From Candidatus Moraniibacteriota bacterium (GTDB lineage: Bacteria; Patescibacteriota; Minisyncoccia; Moranbacterales; UBA9337), in contig JAQVJM010000005.1 in the NCBI GenBank assembly GCA_028695135.1, positions 1-39,955 on the forward strand: DNA of 39,955 nt. The letters are read 5' to 3'. Shown piece after piece: positions 8,448 through 14,895 of the stretch. Made by a program: the position numbers and the translations under genes. Position 1 is the stretch's first letter, and every line of letters starts with the position of its first letter. Under the pieces are notes generated by a model that worked only from the letters and a program-made list of their open reading frames with translations, searched no databases and was not told the origin of the DNA.

Positions 8448-10040
8448 TTACTTTAGTGATCCGCCTTGTCCCCAGCGGTAAACGCTGACCGGGCCTCTTA
8501 AGCTCGAGTGGCTGACTTTTTCCAGATTTTTTTCGATAAATTCCTGGGCATCGTTTTTTATAAAATCTTCATCATTTTCTCCATAGATCAGCCAGCCGCT
8601 TTCATTTTTGCTTATTATATTTTGCAGACTTTCGAGAGTCAGCTTCCTATCCTCCTCTTCCGCGCGCTCCCCGCCGAAAGTGATGGTGTCAGTCTTGGAT
8701 CCTCTCCAATAAAAATTCCTGAAATTTCTGGCAATAAGGATATCATTTTCGTCTTTTTCTTTTATGAAATAACCGAAAACTTTTTTGTAATTGGGATTAG
8801 AAGATCGGGAGGTTTGGGTATAGGCGTTTTCTTCTTGGAAAAAATACCCCAGATTGGGAATGACCAAGAGAAAAGCGACAATCGAAAGAAGATAAGCTTT
8901 TTGATTGTATCGTTTTAAATTTATTCTCAAAAAATCGGACGCCGCCCAAACTCCGGACGCTATGAGGACGATCTGGAATGATTTTATAAAGAACAAATAT
9001 TGCGATCCGGTGTTCCTTTCCCAAAGAAAGACGGCTCCCAAAAATATCGCCAAGTAAGCAGACGTCATGAATATTCCTTCTTTCCTCCTCTTTTGTATAA
9101 GGATGTACGCCCCCAAAACCATCATGCCGGCTGCCAAAACCGGGTTGGAATAATCAGAGAAAGATTTGCTGAAATAAGAAAAATGATCTTGCGCCCCCAG
9201 ACCGGACAGAAATGCTCCGCTCACCAAGGTCATTGCCCAGCCTCCTAAAAAAAGAATAGCCAGATAGGCGAGATAGCGATTTTTTAAATTTCGGCTCTTA
9301 TTGTATTTCAAAACCCCCATCACTGCAAAATAGAAGGCCAGGATAAAGAAGAAATTGGCGGCCAGAAGATGCAGGTGCATGCTTAAAAATCCCAGCAAAA
9401 AAACCGGCAAAAGATAGGCCAGATTCAATCCGGTTTTTTTTCTGAAGTCGTTTATAAATCTTACTTCGGATTTCTTTTTTGATTCGATAAATCGGAAAGC
9501 GTAATAAGAAAAAACGAAAAAAACCGGCATAAACATTATGTACATCCGGACTTTTCTCGAAAATTCTATATTGTCTATGCTCACCGCCATAAGGACGGCC
9601 GCGATGATCCCGATCGTTTTTTTGCCAGTCATCTTCGCCGAGACCCAATAAACGGCAACGACAGAGATGATTCCCCAGATCACGCTCATAAATCTATAAG
9701 ACCATTCTTTGTCGTCAGGAAGAAATTTGAGAGACTGGGCTATCTGCCAATTGTAAATCCAAGCGCGCGTGTAAGTGTCTTCTCCTTTATTCCATAGATC
9801 CAGATCGAACAAAGTCTTGAAATAAGGCTTGTCCTCATAAACCCTTTCCATATTGAAATCCCAGCGCCTCCATTCTCCCGTCTGGAGATATCCATATGAA
9901 GTGTTTACTCCCAAGAATTCATCCGCCACAAAAGATTTTTCTCCTAATTTATAAAACCTCAAAAATGCGCTCAAAAAAATTATCGCGACAATCATCAGCA
10001 GCCACTTTTTATTCTTGGGTTTTATTTTGAAAAAATCCAT
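8448..10040 (-). CDS. GT-C fold membrane glycosyltransferase (ArnT / GT39-like), 530 aa
   Basis: TM1 is followed by FYKLGEKSFVADEFLGVN (a DE-type motif in the first loop). The protein has multiple TM helices and a C-terminal soluble domain. It is a distant paralog of the neighbouring GT-C gene. Confidence 0.65.
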   Translation of the reverse strand: MDFFKIKPKNKKWLLMIVAIIFLSAFLRFYKLGEKSFVADEFLGVNTSYGYLQTGEWRRWDFNMERVYEDKPYFKTLFDLDLWNKGEDTYTRAWIYNWQIAQSLKFLPDDKEWSYRFMSVIWGIISVVAVYWVSAKMTGKKTIGIIAAVLMAVSIDNIEFSRKVRMYIMFMPVFFVFSYYAFRFIESKKKSEVRFINDFRKKTGLNLAYLLPVFLLGFLSMHLHLLAANFFFILAFYFAVMGVLKYNKSRNLKNRYLAYLAILFLGGWAMTLVSGAFLSGLGAQDHFSYFSKSFSDYSNPVLAAGMMVLGAYILIQKRRKEGIFMTSAYLAIFLGAVFLWERNTGSQYLFFIKSFQIVLIASGVWAASDFLRINLKRYNQKAYLLSIVAFLLVIPNLGYFFQEENAYTQTSRSSNPNYKKVFGYFIKEKDENDILIARNFRNFYWRGSKTDTITFGGERAEEEDRKLTLESLQNIISKNESGWLIYGENDEDFIKNDAQEFIEKNLEKVSHSSLRGPVSVYRWGQGGSLK

Positions 10041-10088
10041 ATTTTTTTCAGTTGCTTAAAAATAATACATCAAAAAAGATGTTCATCT

Positions 10089-11042
10089 TTAATTTTCGAC
10101 AATCTCTTTTATCAGATATCCCCTGGAGCCCTTGCCTTTGAAATAATTCTTGACCAAGATGTCTGCCAGTATTCCGGAAACGAAAAGCTGGACTCCCACC
10201 AGCACGAGCATGACGCCTATCATCGGCCATATCCTCTCTTCGAGAGACTCTCCGAAAAAAACTTTCTCCACGAACATCCATGCCAATATTCCTCCACCCA
10301 GGATCGAGAGCATCATTCCGCTGGCGCCGAAAAGATGGAGCGGCCGGTTTAAATATTTTCTCCAAAACCAGATCGCCATCATATCGATTATTCCCTTGAC
10401 CGCTCTTCTCCAATTATATTTCGTCACCCCGTGGATCCGAGGATAATGGGAAACCTTGACTTCTCCCACTTTGAATCCATCAATTTCCAGAAGAGCCGGA
10501 ATGAACCTGTGCATTTCTCCGTATAATTCCAATCCGTCAAAACATTCTTTTTTATAAGCCTTCAGGCTGCATCCGCTATCATGGATATTGTCATGGATGA
10601 AAAATTTCCTCAAAAGATTAGCTCCTCTGGAAAAAATTCTTTTGCTTAAAGGATCCTTTCTTTGATGCCTCCATCCGGAAACAATGTCATATCCCTCACC
10701 CATCTTGTCCAAAAGTTTTTGGATATCGGCCGGATCATTTTGAAGATCTCCATCCATGGTAATGATCACATCTCCCCGGGCAGCCTGGAAGCCGGCATCA
10801 AAAGCGGCAGTCTGGCCGAAATTTTTCCTGAATTTTATGAGCCTGAGAGGAGAGAGTCCTTCGCATTTTTTTACCGTTGCATCCTTTGATCCGTCATCGA
10901 TAAAAATAATCTCGAAAATTTTTCCTAATTTTTTGCATTCCTCTTTTATTCTCCTGTGTAATTCTCTGACATTTTCTTCCTCGTTAAAAACAGGAACGAC
11001 GACCGAAATATCTATTTTTTTATTTCCTTCTTGATTTTCCAT
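10089..11042 (-). CDS. GT2 polyprenyl-phosphate glycosyltransferase (ArnC / GtrB / DPM1-like)
   Basis: VVVPVFNEEENV, IFIDDGSKD and TMDGDLQNDP (DxD) motifs, plus two C-terminal TM helices typical of GtrB/ArnC. Confidence 0.85.
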   Translation of the reverse strand: MENQEGNKKIDISVVVPVFNEEENVRELHRRIKEECKKLGKIFEIIFIDDGSKDATVKKCEGLSPLRLIKFRKNFGQTAAFDAGFQAARGDVIITMDGDLQNDPADIQKLLDKMGEGYDIVSGWRHQRKDPLSKRIFSRGANLLRKFFIHDNIHDSGCSLKAYKKECFDGLELYGEMHRFIPALLEIDGFKVGEVKVSHYPRIHGVTKYNWRRAVKGIIDMMAIWFWRKYLNRPLHLFGASGMMLSILGGGILAWMFVEKVFFGESLEERIWPMIGVMLVLVGVQLFVSGILADILVKNYFKGKGSRGYLIKEIVEN

Positions 11043-11082
11043 ATCTATGTAAATTAATTTTGCATTTTTAATTTTTAATTTC

Positions 11083-11778
11083 CTATACCCCCACCACGTA
11101 TCTGAAAAATATCGAAAGCACGGCGCTCAAAAGTATTCCTAAAGGAGCCGAAAACAAGAAAATGAACAAGAGGAGAAATATGAATCCATATTGCTCCAAA
11201 GCGATTTTTTTCTGTTCGCTTATCGGAATAAAAGCGTAAAGAAGCTTCGATCCATCCAGCGGAGGTATGGGAATAAGATTAAAAACAGCCAGAAAAACAT
11301 TTATGGTAAGAATCATCACGAAAAGCCAGAAAAATATCGCGGAAAACGAGCCGGACAGAAGGATGCTTAGGTTTTGATAATCAAAAATTCCTCTCATTAT
11401 CTCGGACTTAACTGTAAAGCTTAAGGGAATAAATCTGGCGCCCAAGCCGAAAATTATGGCTGCTATGATATTGGAAAGCGGTCCGGCAAGTGCCACCAGA
11501 GCCGGGCCTTTTTTTTGGTCTTTCAGATTGTAGGGGTTATATGGGACAGGTTTTGCCCATCCGAAACCGAATCCGAAGCTTATTATCATCAGGAACGGAA
11601 CGATGAACGATCCCCAGGGATCGAGGTGCTTTATGGGATTAAGCGTTAGTCTTCCGGCATACTTGGCAGTGGGATCGCCCAGATAAAAAGCGGAAAGCCC
11701 GTGAGAAACCTCATGGATAACCACTGACATTATCAAAATTATAACTTGAAAAGTTATTAAAACTGCTTCAATCGGCAT
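11083..11778 (-). CDS. Site-2 protease family (M50) membrane metalloprotease
   Basis: HEVSHG (HExxH) in TM1; GRLTLNPIKHLDPWGS; and NLIPIPPLDGSK (the LDG motif). Confidence 0.85.
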   Translation of the reverse strand: MPIEAVLITFQVIILIMSVVIHEVSHGLSAFYLGDPTAKYAGRLTLNPIKHLDPWGSFIVPFLMIISFGFGFGWAKPVPYNPYNLKDQKKGPALVALAGPLSNIIAAIIFGLGARFIPLSFTVKSEIMRGIFDYQNLSILLSGSFSAIFFWLFVMILTINVFLAVFNLIPIPPLDGSKLLYAFIPISEQKKIALEQYGFIFLLLFIFLFSAPLGILLSAVLSIFFRYVVGV

Positions 11779-11848
11779 ATTTATTGTTTATTTAATCTTT
11801 ACAAACTCTATTAAATATGATAATCTATAATCTGCAATTAAGCAAACA

Positions 11849-11875
11849 TATCTCGCAGCGCGTATCTCGCAGCGC
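11849..11875. repeat. Tandem direct repeat TATCTCGCAGCGC x2 (14-bp period) in the rpmB leader / divergent promoter region
   Basis: Exact 13-nt copies at 11849-11861 and 11863-11875, forming a GC-rich patch in an AT-rich spacer. A possible TTTACA-17-TAATCT promoter lies at 11798-11826 on the plus strand. Confidence 0.6.
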
Positions 11876-11925
11876 AAAATACAATAAACGCTTTGGGTTA
11901 CGAGTTTTGAGTTTTTAAAAAAAAT

Positions 11926-12096
11926 ATGAGCAAAACCTGTGAAATTTGCGGGCGAGGGACAAAAACCGGCCATTCTAGGAGCCACTCCAATATCGCCACA
12001 AAAAGAAAGTTTAAGATAAATATCCAGACCAAGAAGTTAGACGGAAAAAAAGTTAAGGCTTGCACCAGATGCATCCGTACCAAGGATAAGGCTTAA
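11926..12096 (+). CDS. rpmB: 50S ribosomal protein L28 (bL28), Cys-containing zinc-ribbon form
   Basis: Hand translation gives MSKTCEICGRGTKTGHSRSHSNIATKRKFKINIQTKKLDGKKVKACTRCIRTKDKA (56 aa, below the ORF-track cutoff). This is the classic L28 N-terminus, with the ...G...SHSN...KR.F motif and two CxxC pairs. Confidence 0.9.
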   Translation: MSKTCEICGRGTKTGHSRSHSNIATKRKFKINIQTKKLDGKKVKACTRCIRTKDKA

Positions 12097-12109
12097 ATCA
12101 AGCATCCGT

Positions 12110-12140
12110 CCTCCCCTTTTTGAGGGGAGGTGTCTTTTTT
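12110..12140 (+). terminator. Rho-independent terminator of rpmB
   Basis: CCTCCCCT-TTTTG-AGGGGAGG (8-bp stem) followed by TGTCTTTTTT. Confidence 0.75.
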
Positions 12141-12169
12141 AAAAAGACGGAGGGGTGTTTTTTATTAAT

Positions 12170-12212
12170 GTCATCCCGGACTATGATCCGGCCTACCGGC
12201 AGGCAGAGATCC
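12170..12212. repeat. REP-like element (GTCATCCCGGA... family)
   Basis: GTCATCCCGGACTATGATCCGGCCTACCGGCAGGCAGAGATCC contains two short hairpins (CCGGA/TCCGG and GCCT/AGGC). It shares the GTCAT head with the element at 3506. It is the source of the spurious 60-aa ORF at 12120-12302. Confidence 0.45.
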
Positions 12213-12224
12213 AAAAATACATTC

Positions 12225-12255
12225 AAACCCTCTTATTTGAGGGTTTTTTATTTTT
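12225..12255 (+). terminator. Second terminator-type hairpin downstream of rpmB
   Basis: AAACCCTC-TTATTT-GAGGGTTT followed by a T-rich run. Confidence 0.6.
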
Positions 12256-12337
12256 ACGACGTACTTACGGACGTAAGTACGTCCGTATATGCTAAAAAGT
12301 AGATATACTTTGTTTATAAAAATAATCTGATTCGAAT

Positions 12338-12373
12338 AAAAAAAGCCGCATATATTACATAATATTATGCGAC
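12338..12373 (-). terminator. Rho-independent terminator of the small-protein pair
   Basis: On the minus strand, GTCGCATA-loop-TATGCGGC (one mismatch) is followed by TTTTTTT, 10 nt after the stop at 12384. Confidence 0.6.
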
Positions 12374-12383
12374 TGTCAAGCTT

Positions 12384-12692
12384 TTAATCTTGAGCATAAT
12401 TCTTTAAAAGCCAGGCAAATCCTTCATCGCTAGAAAGTCTATCGAATCCCCAATTAAGAAGCTCCTTCTTAAAAGACAGATCTCCATAAGAAATATTATC
12501 GATATCGTTGAGATATTCTTCAATGCCTCCGGCGATTCCTTCGCTTTTCAGATAGTCCTCCAAAAATTTTGACTCCGCTTCGAACTTTTCGACCAGCTTT
12601 GGAGAAAGCCTAATGGTAGAGCCTCGAATCACGACCGTATCAGAAGAAACGTTAAGTCCTTTTTTATTTTTGAACTGCAAAATATCAGCCAT
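12384..12692 (-). CDS. Hypothetical small protein (102 aa), paralog of the upstream ORF
   Basis: An AGGAGGG SD lies 4 nt before the ATG and overlaps the stop codon of the upstream ORF. The protein shares L-x-P-x-x-V-E-x-F and S-[DE]-[EN]-G-F-A-[WY]-L motifs with ORF 12702-12989. I recognise no known domain. Confidence 0.65.
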   Translation of the reverse strand: MADILQFKNKKGLNVSSDTVVIRGSTIRLSPKLVEKFEAESKFLEDYLKSEGIAGGIEEYLNDIDNISYGDLSFKKELLNWGFDRLSSDEGFAWLLKNYAQD

Positions 12693-12701
12693 ACGTCCCT
12701 C

Positions 12702-12989
12702 CTAAATGTTTTTAAAGTGTATCTGTATCAAATAAGCAAATCCGTTTTCCGAAAGGATTTCCCTGCAAGTATCGCCCGCGCAGAGCCTGAGTCTTTCCAA
12801 TATCTGCATCTCTGATATTTCTTCTTCAAAAAAAGAGCTGAAGAAATTTTCCACCGTATCGGGGAAAATTACTTTTCTCATTTTTTTTATAAAAAAATCC
12901 GCCTTTTCACGGAAAATTTCCACGGTTTCCGGACAAAGGCATACTTCTTTGCCTCCTTTATCAATAATAATCACCCGTTTACCGTTCAT
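12702..12989 (-). CDS. Hypothetical small protein (95 aa from MNGKRVIII), paralog of the downstream ORF
   Basis: An AAGGAGG SD lies 8 nt upstream of ATG 12987-12989. The longer 132-aa reading back to 13100 would run through the promoter and operator. I recognise no known domain. Confidence 0.65.
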   Translation of the reverse strand: MNGKRVIIIDKGGKEVCLCPETVEIFREKADFFIKKMRKVIFPDTVENFFSSFFEEEISEMQILERLRLCAGDTCREILSENGFAYLIQIHFKNI

Positions 12990-13044
12990 AACAGCAACCT
13001 CCTTGCTATTATTATTGTCAAAGAACCCAATTTCTCCCAGTGCA

Positions 13045-13094
13045 AATCTAGCAGTTTCAAGCGCTTTAGTCAACAAATTACATAAAGCGCTTGA
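13045..13094 (-). promoter_or_regulatory. Promoter TTGACT-17-TAGATT with an overlapping perfect 12-bp inverted repeat (candidate operator)
   Basis: On the minus strand, the -35 box is at 13068-13073 and the -10 box at 13045-13050. The inverted repeat is TCAAGCGCTTTA (13057-13068) - N14 - TAAAGCGCTTGA (13083-13094), and its left arm and spacer overlap the -35 hexamer. Confidence 0.55.
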
Positions 13095-13098
13095 AAAC

Positions 13099-13128
13099 AA
13101 AAAAACAGCCGGCCAATCGACACGGCTG
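13099..13128 (-). terminator. Rho-independent terminator after the Cys-rich ORF
   Basis: On the minus strand, CAGCCG-11 nt loop-CGGCTG is followed by TTTTTTT. Confidence 0.6.
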
Positions 13129-13233
13129 GTACGAGATATGCATGACTATCTGAAGCGTCTGCTTCAAGTCCGGCAATGATTTACCTTCTTACTCATTATT
13201 TTAGAAATATTGAGACCATTCAAACTCCATAAG

Positions 13234-13536
13234 TCAGATACACGACGAATCAACAATCTTGAGAAGCCCCGCAGGAGCCTTGCGCATGCATTTTTCGCAT
13301 ATGCCGACATACCCGGGAATTCCATTGTTTTCACAAAAAGCTACGATTTCGGCGATCTCTCCGCAATAGAAAGGACCGCTTTGAGGATCATACCCTCCGG
13401 TAGACTCACAACACCGATAAACCTCGTCGTCTTTGGTTCTTCTGAACTCCAACGCATCCAAGTTAATTATGTAACCATTTGGCACGAAATCCCCACGCAA
13501 CAATTCTTTGGCCATACCTTTCGTCATCCTATTCAT
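13234..13536 (-). CDS. Hypothetical Cys-rich protein (100 aa)
   Basis: A GAGGTG SD lies 4 nt before the ATG. Seven Cys are present, including CC and a C-x2-C (ICEKC). The sequence is visibly GC-richer than its neighbours. I recognise no known domain. Confidence 0.55.
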   Translation of the reverse strand: MNRMTKGMAKELLRGDFVPNGYIINLDALEFRRTKDDEVYRCCESTGGYDPQSGPFYCGEIAEIVAFCENNGIPGYVGICEKCMRKAPAGLLKIVDSSCI

Positions 13537-13618
13537 AAATCACCTCGTCTTCGTATTTTTTTAGGAAAAATAAGAACTGCCACCAGCCTAACAATAAAAA
13601 TATTTTTAGTCAATAAAT

Positions 13619-14821
13619 TTATAAATATTTCCTATCCTTCAGCTTCTCCGGAAAATATTCTTGATCAGAGCTGTCTTCTTTGGGGGTATATTTATAGCCC
13701 CTGCCATATTCAAGCTCTTTCATCAGCTTGTTAGGGGCATTGCGAATATGGAGAGGGACCGGAAGATTGCCATGTTTTATGACATCTCCTCTGGCTTTTT
13801 CATAGGCCTCGTAAGCGGTGATGTCTTTTTTGGATTTGGAAAGATAGATCACGCATTGGGCCAGATGCACTCCGCATTCCGGCATTCCCAGTTTCTGGCA
13901 AGCGTCAAAGACGGCATTAGCCAGGATAAGCGCGGTGTTATTGGCTAGTCCCACATCTTCAGAAGCGAATCGTACCAATCGGCGGGCGATATATATCGGA
14001 TCCTCTCCGCCTTCAAGCATCCGCGTGAGCCAGTAGACCGCCGCATCCGCGTCTCCTCCGCGCATCGACTTGTGAAGGGCGGAAATTATATTGTAATGCT
14101 CCTCCCCGTCCTTGTCGTATTGCAGATTGGTCTTTTGGAGAACTTTCTTAATCAGTTCAAAATCGATTTTTTTAGATTGCCTTGCGGCCGCTTCCAAAGT
14201 ATTGAGCGCCATCCGCGCGTCGCCATTGGAAATTTCCCCGAGCCTTTTGACGGTCTTTTCGTCTATTTCAATTTTTTCTTTTCCGAGGCCTTTTTGTTCG
14301 TCGCCAAGCGCCCTTTTTATTATTTCTTCTAGATTTTTAACCTCCAATTTATGAAGCACGAAGACCCTGGCTCTCGAAATAAGAGCCGAGTTGACTTCAA
14401 AACTGGGATTTTCCGTCGTCGCTCCTATCAATATCAAGATTCCTTTTTCGACATAAGGAAGGAGACGGTCCTGCTGGGCCTTGTTCCATCTGTGGATCTC
14501 GTCGATAAAAAGAATAGTTTTAATATTCTTTTTTCTATTCTCTTCGGCTGATTTAATGACCTCTTTTAATTTTTTAACTCCACTGTCAACCGCGCTCATT
14601 TCTATAAAATCCGAATCGGTCTCATTGGCGATTATCGAAGCCAAAGTGGTTTTTCCCGATCCAGGCGGACCCCAAAAAATCATCGAGGAGATGCTGTCGG
14701 TATCGATAGCTTTTCTTAAATAAGAACCTTCTCCGACCAGATCCTTTTGGCCGAAAAATTCTTCCAATTTTTTAGGACGCATCCGGCTAGCCAGAGGCGC
14801 TTCCAAATTGATATTATTCAT
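13619..14821 (-). CDS. rarA: Replication-associated recombination protein A (AAA+ ATPase MgsA/RarA)
   Basis: Walker A GPPGSGKTTLA; Walker B ILFIDEIHRWNK; and the MgsA C-terminal region HYNIISALHKSMRGGDADAAVYWLTRML..GEDPIYIARRL. Confidence 0.93.
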   Translation of the reverse strand: MNNINLEAPLASRMRPKKLEEFFGQKDLVGEGSYLRKAIDTDSISSMIFWGPPGSGKTTLASIIANETDSDFIEMSAVDSGVKKLKEVIKSAEENRKKNIKTILFIDEIHRWNKAQQDRLLPYVEKGILILIGATTENPSFEVNSALISRARVFVLHKLEVKNLEEIIKRALGDEQKGLGKEKIEIDEKTVKRLGEISNGDARMALNTLEAAARQSKKIDFELIKKVLQKTNLQYDKDGEEHYNIISALHKSMRGGDADAAVYWLTRMLEGGEDPIYIARRLVRFASEDVGLANNTALILANAVFDACQKLGMPECGVHLAQCVIYLSKSKKDITAYEAYEKARGDVIKHGNLPVPLHIRNAPNKLMKELEYGRGYKYTPKEDSSDQEYFPEKLKDRKYL

Positions 14822-14827
14822 AGTGAT

Positions 14828-14856
14828 ATTGTATCACTCATAAACATGTTTTGCAA
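14828..14856 (-). promoter_or_regulatory. Promoter TTGCAA-17-TACAAT placed 6 nt upstream of the rarA ATG (leaderless-type layout)
   Basis: On the minus strand, the -35 box is at 14851-14856 and the -10 box at 14828-14833, with the ATG at 14819-14821. No SD is present. Confidence 0.45.
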
Positions 14857-14895
14857 GGAAAATACTTTAATTGTGAAAAAACCCTATGGCTTCCG

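Noticed and set aside
10048-10413. A 121-aa nested minus-strand ORF overlapping the GT2 C-terminus.
   Set aside because: It is out of frame within a conserved GT2 gene. Its Arg/Gly-rich translation is typical of an off-frame reading.
11788-12083. Two minus-strand ORFs (65 aa and 61 aa) in the rpmB region.
   Set aside because: The plus strand encodes an unmistakable ribosomal protein L28 at 11926-12096. The minus-strand ORFs are its antisense shadow plus promoter sequence.
12120-12302. A 60-aa plus-strand ORF (MRGGVFFKKTEG...MSSRTMIRPTGRQRSK...).
   Set aside because: It is assembled entirely from terminator hairpins and the REP-like element. This is a typical spurious translation of palindromic repeats.
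13210-13734. A 174-aa plus-strand ORF spanning the Cys-rich ORF, the spacer and the 3' end of rarA.
   Set aside because: It crosses an intergenic region and overlaps the well-supported rarA on the opposite strand. It has no SD. Its translation has no domain-like features.
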